Assembly: GCA_002633005.1 (NCBI GenBank)
Contig: NMRA01000168.1
Span: 713,188 to 777,187, forward strand
DNA length: 64,000 nucleotides
Source: Phoronis australis
Lineage: Eukaryota; Animalia; Phoronida
Direction: 5' to 3'
Under the pieces are notes generated by a model. The model searched no databases. It saw only the letters and a list, made by a program, of their open reading frames with translations, and was not told the origin of the DNA. The position numbers and the translations under genes were made by a program. Positions 51,723 through 64,000 of the stretch are shown one piece after another (position 1 is the stretch's first letter; the number at the start of each line of letters is the position of its first letter).

Positions 51723-54125
51723 ATTTGCGGCCCATATTGCATCACCTTCCTTATCATGACATCTGGAGGTGTTCTTGCCCTTTGCTTCAATAAAACACCG
51801 GCTATCGATGCTGTGATTTTGGCTAAAAAGGAATGAGACTTGTTAGTACAGCATAAATTTTCCTGTTTTGGAAAACCTGGCCACTAAGTCATTTTAAATT
51901 TTTATAAAAATTGCAACTTGTTTTTGTCAAAAGAAAATGGACAAATTTTTGCTGCCATTTGTCACGAGTCAACGTTCTCAGTAAGTTTACAAATAGTATA
52001 TTGTGCAGATTACATCCGTTAGTACGCATCATGGTGCGTCGCTTTAAGTCGTAATCAAGTGAAAATATCTGAGAACAGCATTGACCATCATGACGCAAAA
52101 ATGGCATTGTGTGCCTAAGTCATGCTCTGAGCACAAATTGACGAGGAAATTGATTGACCCTTGCCACAGGCAATGACTAAGTACCAGTTATCTTCCAAGT
52201 ACAGAAGAACAAAGCGACAGTAGTTTCATTGCAACAATTCTTTAGAGTTAATTTACTTGCTGTCAAGGCTAGTATAAACCACCTTTAAAGATTTTCAGAT
52301 GTTTGTTATTTTACATGTAAATGTGTCGACTACCCACAATCACCACGAAACATGAACAAAATTTTTGGGGCCACAAAATTCCTAATATTTTTTAAAATTT
52401 TGTACTCCAATAATAAATTGATAGGACAAAGGTAAGTGTAAGGATTAGAGAATTCCAACCATAAGAATTAGTGAGTGTTACATACCTTTATGGTTAATCA
52501 ACCATTCCTCATCATGAGATTGTCCTCTTGTGTTTCTCTCAATGTCATCAATTTCAGCTTGTGAGAGAAGTTTGATCTGTGCCATGAACGATGTACATAT
52601 GACCCGAAACTCGTCACTTTCAATGTTCTCTGGCAGCAATGGAACCTGCAAAAATAGCATTAATCAAACTTTGAAAACCAAGTAACGGAACAAAGCAAGT
52701 GTTTTGCTTTGTGGCACTGAACATTAATGAATAGTCAAAGTACATATACTACGAGGGCATGAGCCATTCAACTACAGTACAGAAACACGCCTACAATTCA
52801 AGCATCTATCCAAGAGAAGATTGGTTTTAAACACGTTGTTCTTACTTCTGATTATGGTACGACTGCGGACTGTTGTACAACGTGGTTCATATCTCCTGTT
52901 ACAGAAGTTGGGTTGGACTGCACCTTTCTTAATTTGGCCAACTCTGTCACCTATGAGATAAAATGTGGAATTCGAATAAAATTTACAGTATACATGTATG
53001 ACACAGTAAGAGAATAAAAAAAATAAAATAATTTCAGGCGGTTTGGTACACTTTGTACCAGACGTGCGCAGGCCACCTGATCACCTGGAACCATTTTTAT
53101 AGTTTATTGATCTATATTCAAAACAGAGTGGACGAGCTAGAAACCTGGCTCAAGGTATTAGCAGTGTGACCTAGCGGGATCAGAAACCACAACATCCAGT
53201 AAAGAAAGCGGGCACTTATTAACTAGGCCATACCGCATCCTCAAAGCAAGAGAACGCAAAACACAAGGATATGCAATGTACAGGACAATAAGTGAATGAT
53301 AACCAAACAATAGCAAAGCAAAACATTTTTCAGCATAATGTAATGAGGCCTCAAACTGTTAAGTGACGCACTTACAAGGTTTACCAAGCTGGTCCACACT
53401 GGCTTATATGGTTCTAAATTTCTTCCCATTCCTGAAGTCGAGCTGTTGGTAGGGACGGTTTACTTTGAGCAAGGCAGTTGTAATCTTTTCTTCTTTTTTG
53501 AATTTGCTATTTTTTTTCTGAGTCCTTTCCATCCACATAGTTCACGAATACCAAGTCTGAGATATTTTCAGACACCTTGACACAACCCTTCCTTAGACCC
53601 CATGCTCTCTCCTGGGATGTGCACGCTATGCCCTCAGGAATAGTTGGCAACCCAGTTTACTTGCATTCAATGAATCTAAATAAGACGGCAACAACATGGT
53701 TGCAAACGCCCTTTACTCTAGCAACGTACCTGCATTTTGCATCTACACCACTTCCTTGAATTTCGCCCACCACAGAGTACTTTTTGACGAGTAACTTGCG
53801 CGGACCACTCTTTTGAACTGCACGCTATCATGGTCTTGTTTTAATAGCAACTTCTCTACTTTTAGACACCTACTCATCCTGAAGCCACTCTGCCGATATT
53901 TTTCTGTCCTGCCTCCAAGATGACCATATATCAAGCTATGAGTGAACGTAGAAGGCAGAACATCTATCACTGATGTCCATCCGGCATTATTGCTTATTCC
54001 CTCATGGAGGGTGCTTGCCTTGTTCTTTGTACTCTTCGATCGCCGGTTCTCATCGGGATTCACTATCTTTTTGCAACTTCCTTTATTATTGAAGCAATGA
54101 TAACATCTGAAAGAGCACAACGTCA
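51723..54125 (-). mobile_element. Intron-containing SWIM + YqaJ (lambda exonuclease) transposon gene remnant
   Basis: DAKCRYVARVKGVCNHVVAVLF (SWIM), ACTSQERAW, IERNTRGQSHDEEW and KITASIAGVL (YqaJ N-terminus) in order, on spliced segments. Confidence 0.7.
53013..53242 (-). mobile_element. tRNA-derived SINE, copy 2
   Basis: Homologous to 20294-20535 along its length. Confidence 0.75.
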
Positions 54126-56998
54126 TTTAATTACATTTGGTGAATTTGCAATCAAAATTAAGCAGATTCGTTAAACCAGTATAGTTACGTAGCATCTATT
54201 GTTTACCCAAACATAATTAAAAACACAACTGTACATTCTGCTGGATAGCTTCTGGCACTCCCCCATTTTCGATTGATCACCTGGGCTACAGACAATGACG
54301 CTATCCAACAAAAATTACTTTGTGTTATTAATCAAAACTGTGAAAAAGGTATATTAAGCATTACACAAGTGGAGAGCCCCATACCCACTTCCTTCAGACA
54401 CACCATAAACGCCAAAAGGAAGAGCTATTTAAGGGCTTTGCCCCAAAATGCATCAAGTTGGAAGTTACGGTGGGTACACTCATTAAAATCATCTGATCAT
54501 ACCTCCCAGAACAGAAGTATAACGACGCCATTTGCATTTCTGCCATTAGTCAGAAACAAATGTTTTGTTTGGTGACCATATAGTATTAAACCAAAAAACA
54601 GGATCATTACAGACCACGGGTGAACACAGTCAAAACCACAGCGAATTGGTAAACGATTGGAATTGTCTTAACTTCGGTTGTGGTTGGGCGATTTTGGCAA
54701 TTCAAAAACTAAACATGATCGTCGTTTGACGAGGGTTTCCGAAATGCTATTCGTTAATGTTCAAATACGTTATAACTTACATTTTATTCTCCACAACACA
54801 GCCCCGTCAGGCTAGATACGATCTTATTGGTGATTGGAGCAGTTATCGAACAAAATTGAGCTGGCTCTCCAACCATCAATGCCAGAATGGGGTTTATCAG
54901 TAGTTCAAGATATTGGCTACATGCTTCGTCTTTCCAAATTGTTGGGAGCAACGAGAAAACGCCGTAATGCGAGTCCAAATCTCACATCCTAATCAAGAGT
55001 TTGAAAAAAAACAAAAGGTTTTTTGGCGTTGGAAACTCAAAAACACTACTCGTGATAACTGAAACTTTATTCTGTCACATGATATTATCTACTCATATCA
55101 TTTACTGTTACAATCCGTTCTCAGAAATAATCTTTTGACTGCTCTGACAACAGAACAAATTATAAAAACGCCGTTGAAAAAGTAGATATTGACGTTAAAA
55201 TACATGTCAGCAAGTTTGACCCCATGATTTTTAAGTACATATGCACAAACTTTGGGCAACTTAAAATGGATGTATTCTTACTAATTACTTAATCAATACT
55301 TATTCTGAAGACGGGTTTCACGCAAAATCTGTTGTTGAGAGAGGAGAGAGAACAAGCAATGTACAACGACGGTGCACGTGGCGCTCGCAAAATGAGGTAA
55401 TCCATATTCAGTGCGCAGCATAGTCCCAATTTTGTTTCATCTATCGATCAGTGGAACTCTGCAAACACAACGTATTCAACATTTTTAGTGTCAGAACATC
55501 CGGGTGATGCACGGTGCCACAACCTAACCTATTTCAGGACGTCAGCTTTCACGTGATTTCCAATTCAGCCTCATCTTTTTCCTTCCTGTCTACTGAGATG
55601 GCCACTCCTGTTACACGGAAGACCTTGGCTTTGGACAAAGGTCTTTCTAAATAATAAAAGGGTCAAATCAAATACATAATGATTTGTGTCGTCATTGTCA
55701 TTTCCGGTTGCATACGTAATCGTGACCTTTGACCTTTCACCTTTAATCCATGACCTTTGACCGAGGTGCCGCATAAACGTGCGCTGAAAACAAAGTTTAC
55801 TATAGTTCTCACGTACACGTGAACTACACTGTCAAGCTGCATTTCCACTGACCAATGCTATGTGCACTATAATTATAACGACTTTATAGAATTCACGGTT
55901 ATAATGTTTCTAACCACATCTCTGTGGTATTTTTGTAATTTACAGCACGAAAATATCAGAAAATAATGAACAGAGCATTTTTTCGAGGTAAAGCAAGGTT
56001 TCTCCGGCGCTTGATGAAAACTGGCTCGTTTTTGTCATTTGACCTGCGTACCCGAACCTTTTACTATACTCCGTGAGCGGCTGTACTCCAAATATAACTG
56101 CTAGACACAACACAAAACACCATCGTTCAGTCTAGCCGCTATAGAAAGCAAGATTGTGAACATCCATTCAATATTACATAACCAGTGGATAGGCCTGTAC
56201 TTACATGTACATGTAATGTTTAGGCTGCAGCAGGGAGTGTTGAACCTTCTATTGTACCTCGTCTTTGTGTGAAAATTAAAGAAAAATCTCTTTTTACTGA
56301 AGCCGTGGGGGCGAAATCTGACGAGTAGTTACTGTGTACCACGGAGTACAACGTATAGATATGATGCTAAAAGATGTAATGAATACAAACCAGTAAGCTT
56401 CAAACGAGGACACAAATTATCAATGACACCATGCACTTCTGCACGATGTCACTGCACTTTAGGGTTGTGGGAATACTCTTGTTTTTAAATATTCTGTGTC
56501 ACTTCCATTCATATCAGCCAAAACGTTTGTGATTAATTTGTCGCTCAACGACATGTTAGATCACTATCACCTCTACACCATTAGATTGAATGTGATCAGC
56601 ATAGCTTATTGTGACCACAGACTACGAAGAGCATCATGCAGCACACATGCCATTTGCAGCCTGTCCTTACTTCTTTCGCCATCAACTCCCAGTCGTCAAA
56701 TACCCCCATAACTTAACCCATCCCCAGGAAATTCTTGCGTNCCCCCCCCCCGGACATTTAACCACTCAATAACCGCATCCCTTCCGAGGTTTAGGCCAGA
56801 CCATTGGTTGAGCCTAAACCAAACGGAGTTCAGAGCGCGTCCGTTTGTTGATCACCCTGGGACTGACTGAGCCTGAAGCGCTTTCTACGGGAAGCTATTT
56901 TCGATCACCCGACAAGGATATACATGTACCTGCTTTGATCGATCAAACTAAAAATTCCATTGAACAGAAGCTGCAAGGCGAAAAGGAGGGAATTCGAC

Positions 56999-57199
56999 AT
57001 GATGGAAGGCTGGACATCGTTGTGTATGTTAGTGATTTTTAAAGTGGAATTAACCACTGGTGTACTTGAGACAGATTTCTTCCCATTTGGATTGGAGAAT
57101 GGTGATACAGTATTGCCCCCAAATGACGACAAAAGTTCTCCTGAAATTGTCATTTCAACTTTGCTTCCGTTCTTTAAGAATCAACTCGGAAGCTTATGG
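56999..57199 (+). CDS. Paralogous NIDO-domain gene, exon 1
   Basis: Same 201-nt length and donor as 26986-27186; MMEGWTSLCMLVIFKVELTTG-VLETDFFPFGLENGDTVLPPNDDKSSPEI; flanking UTR and intron also similar. Confidence 0.85.
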
Positions 57200-57714
57200 G
57201 TGAGATTCAGTCTTTAGTCTTTCGTCATTTTATTCTATTAGTAGGGAAATTTTGTTCTCTCCTTTCAAAAACTAAAAAATGCGGATTGCACTGAAACACT
57301 AACGACCCATGACCCAAGACCCCTCGACCCACGACCTGTGGCAACAGAGGCATATCTCTTCTTTTTATATATTTTATTATCTTATTACATGTACTTCTTT
57401 GGGCGAATTTCCAATACGACTCGCTGGTTCCCTACGTGCCTAGCCAGCACGCGGGTATCACGCAGATTGGTTGATGTAATCGGTTAGTTTTACAACACCG
57501 TGAAAAAAATAGCGAACTGTGAACTATTTTAGCCTTGTCATGCATGTGACGTCGCAGCAACTGTCATGCATTTTTAGCAAAGACAACAGCGAGAAGCCAG
57601 CCTGGGTGCCCCCGTTCTGGCTTTAACAAAGTATATAATATTAATTATTATACCAAAATATTAGCCTCGAATGGCCAAGACAACCGTGTAATAACCCTTT
57701 CAGTTATCTAGATA

Positions 57715-57805
57715 ACATTTGGCGGGAAACCGAGGCAGGTTTCTAACCCGGGCCTCAAGAGTATCGGGTCGCCGGCTTTACTATTACACCACTGAGTGGC
57801 TGACG
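57715..57805 (-). mobile_element. tRNA-like SINE head
   Basis: - strand TGGTGTAATAGT (A-box-like) and GGGTTAGAAACC (B-box-like) at tRNA spacing. Confidence 0.45.
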
Positions 57806-58619
57806 GACATCATCGAATGTGAAAATGAAATACTTAACTGAACACGCGCAATAATCCCATATTCAACAAAGGAAATTGCAATGACATTGATAGGCTATGA
57901 AAAATAAGACGCATAATTTCCCTAAAATCTATATCTTAATTCTGTGAAATTTTCTTTCATGTTCTCTCCCTTATAAATCACAGATCACCAATTTGAATGC
58001 GGGAATCGTGTCGTCGGGATCCTTTGACTTGAGAATTATACTCAGTTACCAGTGGTAACCTACTTTAGCAGGAGATAGTTTCCCGGTCGAAGCTTAGCGT
58101 GACAAAGTGTGTTTTAAGCTATAATAGTTTGTATACCTAATTTATAAATTCACTCTATGTCTATTTTGTTTAAATTTTTAACTGTTTTTGAGTAAAAGCA
58201 TTATTTGACAAAAATAGGTCAGCTTTTCTTAAAAGGTCACTACCTCCGATCCCGGGCCTCTTACATACATGTAGAAAGTAGTTACAAAGCAAAGGCGAGA
58301 CGAGAAAGGTAAATCGATTCATTGCAATCTTTCTCGTTTAGTATGTGGTATACATAGATTATTACATGTTCTCACCCGAGGGAGATAATTCTCCAAAATC
58401 CACTCGTGCTCTAGATAACGGGGGATAACGACTTCGCCATGTAATAATCTATATATAAATATAGAAAACAATAAGATCCAGCTGAAAAGGGAAAAGGGGA
58501 GCTGTACAACTTTGATCATTTCCAGAATACTAATTAAAAGAATGCGGGCAGATCTCTCCATGGATCCACATTTGCGTCCGAGGTATCTGTAAATATTGTT
58601 TTTAAACAAGTTCGTAATT

Positions 58620-60900
58620 TCAACAAGAAATCGTTAAAAAGGAGAGACTTTCCTATCTTTCATTATTGATAAATGAAGAAAAGTGCAAATGTATGAAGGG
58701 TATTGCAAAATAATTTGTGGTTTTTGTTAGGGTTTTGAACAAAATCTAATATGTCCCACATCGTTGACATGTTTTGGGTATTTAGGACTTGATGTAAGAG
58801 TGTTTGCACTGAATTCTAGAAAGTCCTGACACGTGTACATTAATAAAACATATGATATAGACTTTGTAACTCATCACAATAGGGGCATTATCAGTACGAA
58901 CCACCCCTAGTTTGTATAAAGTGATATCTGTAAATATTCAACTATGGGTAAAGAGGTACCTGAAGTTTTTCAATTCAGGATTTATGGGGAAGCTAACGAG
59001 TAAAATATATCTTTTTCTAATTTCTTTTTCATTATAATAATTTATTAACCGCAGATAAGTGTTGGGTTTTTGTGCCAAATTATGTACACGTGATGTAGAG
59101 TTCAATTATTAAACCAGTCTTTACTACAACTGCTATAATTAATGAAATGAAAGTTGTTAGAACCAATAGATATTGCTTCCATTGTGTTCTCCAAGATTCT
59201 CCCTCAATGCACTAACAACATTGTATTGCAATATATAAAAAATCTTGAGATTGTATTTATTTTTAATAAAATCCCAAATAAGAATTTCATTTCCATTATC
59301 TAGAAAATCTTTTCAAAATAACAGTCCCGATTCAAACATTTCCCGACAGAACGCGGATTTATTGCGAAGTAAAATGTGTTGATTATTCCACAATATTCGT
59401 TTGTTAACAGGAATATTCTTAAACATTCCTATATTCAAAGGCTCTAAGCTTTTCAGCTCTTCAGTATAAAAGGCATTGTTAATTGGCATTTTCAAATTTC
59501 TTAAACGGAAGTTTGAGAAGAAAATAGTGCCACAACCCTGTTTATTTAGAAGAGACTTGGGATAAAATTTCTAACTTCCATTTCCTCCTGAATTTAAACG
59601 TTTGACCCAATTGAACATGAGGCTATTTTTAATTACTTGCACACTAGGATATTTTAATCCTCTTCGTTCATATGAAAGTACAGGGACAGATTCCTTTATT
59701 CTTTGTGGCTTTACACACCAAATGAAATTTGTAATTATTTTATCTATTTCTATAATTTTATTTGTTGTAACTTCTATATTGGCTTAAACGTGAACCAACT
59801 TAGACAAACCGAAAGTTTTTACAATATGAATCCTCCCCATGGTCGTCAAATGTCTAGTTTTCATGTTAATTTCTGAACTTTATTGACATAATTTAGCTGT
59901 TCAACTTCTGCGTCAGTTTGTCCGAAGTAAATTCCTAGACCTGTTATAGGTTTTCGTGGCCGAGAGATATTGTACATTTTTGAGGACACTGGGCATCACC
60001 TCGGGCAGAAATATATAAACCTTCGAACTTTTCAGGATTTAAATGCAAGCCAGAAATGTCTCCAATTAATTCTCAAAATTTAAACATTTTTTATCGGAGT
60101 TCTCGTCTCGAATAAACAAAATGGTATCGTTTACGTACTGGGTTATTTTGATTTCATTATTATAATTTTTTAAACAATGAATGTAATTATTTTTTGTAAT
60201 AAAATGTGACATAAGTTCTGCTCATACCACAAAAAGGGGACTTGACAGCGGATCACCCGGTTGTAAGCCTCCTTCAATGTCCAAATACCGAGTGGTGAAT
60301 CCTTTACTTAACACACAGAATGATATTTTGTATACAATTTTGTTTTATTTTACTTATTACCCCTTGTCCAAAATTGAAGGCGTTTAAAGTTTTGAATATG
60401 TAATCCAAATTTAAAGTGTCGTATGCCTTCTTGAAATCCAGGAATATAATTTGGCCATCTAGTTTAATTTGTTTGTAATATTCCATCAAATTTTTAACTA
60501 ATCGAATGTTTTGGCAAAATTCAATATACATTTTAGGTAATGACGTCAGATCAGGGTGAATCAATTTGTCTATGTACATATAAATTCTATTTGCAATGTT
60601 TTTGTGATCAATTTGTAGTCACAATTGACGAGTTAGATTGGCCTCCAGTTATCTAAAAACAAAGGTTCCTCACTGTTTTTGCTTTTGGGTATAAGAGTTA
60701 TTACAGTTTGTCTCTGTGACGTAGACAATTCGCCCGTCTGGAAGCTAACATTTAAACTTTCTATTCATATTTAATTACCCCTCAAAATGTTTTTTCACTC
60801 ACACGGAATTCTGTCATTATCCGGTGATTTGTTAGATTTTGTTCCTTGGAGAGCCTCGAAAGTTTCGTGATCAGTGAAATCTTGATCAAGTTCCAGAAAC
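58620..60900 (-). mobile_element. L1/Tx1-clade LINE, 5' truncated, decayed RT
   Basis: KSPDNDRIP, NWRPI, IIFLDFKKAYDTL, GLQPGDPLS, ITQYVNDT (decayed YADD), LWNN, and C-terminal zf-RVT traces in order. Confidence 0.88.
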
Positions 60901-63463
60901 TCTTCTGCAAAAAGTAGTTCATTTTTTGGGATTAAGCCAACTGCACGGACTCGTTATGAGCAAATTTTTAAAAACTGTACGAACTCGTCAGTGAGCCTGT
61001 TAAGATTTAGCCAAATTTTAACCACACTAGGCCGTTTATTTTTATTATTACCAAATTCATGGAATATAGTCGGATAGGTGATTAAGAAAGATTGCCTTTA
61101 ATCTATGAAATTGCAAATGGTGTATTAACGTGAGAATACATATAAGAATTGTGAGGCCATTGTCTACCAACTTCAAGAGCTGTTACTTTGCTGAAGTAAT
61201 TGTCCATGTCATTGCAGATCACGGCGATCAAGTACTTAGGATTAGGTATCTAACATTTCATGAACACAACAGTTTCAGAATATTTCAGATTTAATAATGT
61301 TGGTGCACTCCCGTAACTGTTTTATAAATGTAGGAGGGCTGCGAAACCAGCTCAAGCACTATTTGTCGATACGAGAGAAAGAGCTTGATCACAAGCGTGA
61401 AAAAGTAGAACGAGAAGGTAAAGGTGAAGAATACACCGAGCGAAAAGAGTGCAAGTGGGCTGTAGAGACATATTTATCACGAAATACAGTGCAATAAAAA
61501 TGTAACGTCATGCGTGATCGATGCTCTGAAAGGGAATTGAGTGAAGTCCAACACCTGGGTCACTGAAGTTTGATAAAATGGCCGCAGTTGGCACGTTCTC
61601 CTTATATAATATAGCGTTCTTACTGTATTTATATGTGGCAGAATTGTTACCCTCTAGAAAACCGTAACAATGAGATATTCGAACGACATTGTAAAGTTTT
61701 GGCGGATAGGATACTTGATTGAAGTTGATGTGAGCGTTCGAGCGTTCAAGCATATCGAAATGAAAACTGGCGGAGAGCCATTAGAATCGAAAAAAAACCT
61801 TGTCGTACGAATCGTTTAGAAACTGCCTACATCAAATCTGGATAAGTCTCAGTGGTGGAGACATTGACTTTTTCGGCTACGAAAGTTATCGAAATTTGAT
61901 AAACAGACACCAAAAACTTAAATAGGAAATGGAGAATGTAGAGGAACTGGGAGATTTGTTAAAACTGTAGTCGATTAGGGGCAAATACTTTCACAAATCC
62001 CTTCATCTGGGCTTGGAGTTAAAAGAATATACACAAAATATCTGCATTTTGTCACTGAGATTGAAAAATGGTAGTCCATTATGAAGGGACGTGAACAGAA
62101 ATTCAAGAAGTTGGGCGTTTCTACATGCCAAATGTAGAAACCGGTGTAATGAGTCATTCTCGCGACAAATCTTGCGGTCTGTTGTATGCGAATTTTAGAT
62201 GTTTTCTCCAGTTAAAAGTCGTTGCAACAGTCGACTAATCTTTGAAATTTAGTGTTGGGAATTCACGTACAAAGCGGTTTACGTCGGAGAAACCAACAAA
62301 TCTCAGTTATTTCTGCGAGATATAGTCTGTGCAGTAAGTCGGACAGCAAGTTTTTGGTTGGGAATAGGATTGCGGAGACATTTGACATTTTTTATCAAGA
62401 TACTGGTTTATATGCATAGGATTGAATTACTTTATGTAGGTACTAAAGCATAATTAGACGACAACAATAACTTGAAAACACTACCGGCTCAATGCGAAAC
62501 CGTACAGTTGCTCATGACAAGTCCGTACACATATTTTGAGTGTATACGTCATAAAATGCTACGTGAATTAAACTACAGATTGAAATTATCACTTACCCTT
62601 GTTATGCGCGCTGTGTATGGTTATATGGTGGTACACAAATACAAACCTTTAGTCAAATAAAACTAAATTAAAAATTGACGCCCAAAGTTTATCATCACGA
62701 TTGGTGAGATCTCTTCAGCATAGTTAGTATAGCAACCCTGTTAAAGTAATTAAGCTCACATTCAACGACTGCACTTTCACTGAGTGTATGCCAACATTTT
62801 CATTGCAAAAAGTCACGTATAACGAAGTAAACGAGGACATAAAGCACCGCAGTTCATGGCATCGGGGATTTTTAACAAGTTTTGCTCATGACGACGACGA
62901 ACCCCTCATGACCAGTCCAAACACGTAGTACAGGTCTCCACACCGTGATGGGGAAACGGCAAACCAGTGGCGGTAAGCGGCTGATGTGAGTGCGCCCAAG
63001 GATACGATATCATCCGCGCACCCAGCCTAGAAAATGGGGGGGGCTCGAATTTCTGTTGAAGCGGACCTTTTGCTGACAAAACGACATGCATTTCGATTAA
63101 CGCCTTAACTCAAATCCGTCGTATGAAGTTTTTGACTGAAATGAAGTGGATACACATGTAGGGTCTTTATGATAATTTATCCCATGCTTCATGAGTATGA
63201 TAGCTGAAATACGGCCATGTGGTATTGTTTCCCGTATTGCGCTAAAACAGCCCTCTACATGTACATGTATACTCATGCATGGGATTTTAAAAAGAAGGTC
63301 AAATCTACGCAACATCACTCGCCGGCTCGATAATCGAACATTCCCATAATACATGTAGTAAAAATTGTAAAGCTACAGCAGTATAAATAGCACTACGACT
63401 GTCCATCTGATGGTAGATCCAGCTCTGTCTGCACCTTCTCGCTGCACTTCAGCACCGCCAAAG

Positions 63464-63669
63464 CATGCGCGCACCCAGCGGAGGGGGGCTGATGTGGCAA
63501 AAAGGTCCGAGAAGATGGAACAAAAGTCCATTAAAGAAGCGCAAACGCTCAATTCACAGTGGTGCTCTCGTTTTTTTTATTTTTTTTAGTCCGCTCGCTC
63601 TTTTCTTAGCAAAAGGTCCGCAACGTCGGGAATTCGAGACCCCCATATTGAAGGCTGGGTGCGCGCATG
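63464..63669. mobile_element. MITE with perfect 16-bp TIRs CATGCGCGCACCCAGC
   Basis: Exact inverted repeats at 63464-63479 and 63654-63669; partial related copies at about 63011-63085 (inverted) and 29330-29405. Confidence 0.8.
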
Positions 63670-64000
63670 CAACCATCTATTCCAAAATCAACACGTTACG
63701 AAATGCTCGACCACATTGCAAGACGTCACTATGGTAATTAATTAACGGTTGGAATAGTTTCAAAAATGATGCCGACGCAACGAAGTGTGCCCTACCCAAA
63801 ATATTTCGCTTGGCATCTGTCAAAGCTACTGTTTTATTTGTAAATGCGATGTATTTTTGGTAACATCATCCTACCAGACATCGGAAACTTGAAAATGCAT
63901 AATACTCTACAACTGACTTCCAAATATTCCCAATAATGATTCCAACGAGAGTGAAATCTTTACTACCGGGTTTTAAGTATCAGTCCACGGATCCACCGAC

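Overview
AT-rich, intron-rich eukaryotic (invertebrate, probably lophotrochozoan) genomic DNA with two N gaps; most listed ORFs are spurious. Supported host genes: (1) the 3' end of a + strand sushi/CCP-transmembrane protein gene (1-4951); (2) a - strand multi-exon animal alpha-amylase pseudogene with the unusual C-terminal extension domain (7883-15387); (3) a + strand secreted NIDO-domain gene with five clean exons (26986-43656) and possibly more downstream; (4) exon 1 of a tandem paralogue of that gene (56999-57199). The rest is decayed transposons: Kolobok-like, Harbinger, ISL2EU-like THAP/SWIM-YqaJ, Sola-like, Academ-like, L1/Tx1 LINEs, tRNA-SINEs and MITEs. The two least explained signals are a strong excess of the palindrome TA(CATGTA)n, which behaves like a 6-bp insertion at TA sites (candidate mass transposon-excision footprint), and an intronic ~140/280-bp higher-order tandem array. 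All protein-family calls come from manual translation and recalled motifs, not database searches.
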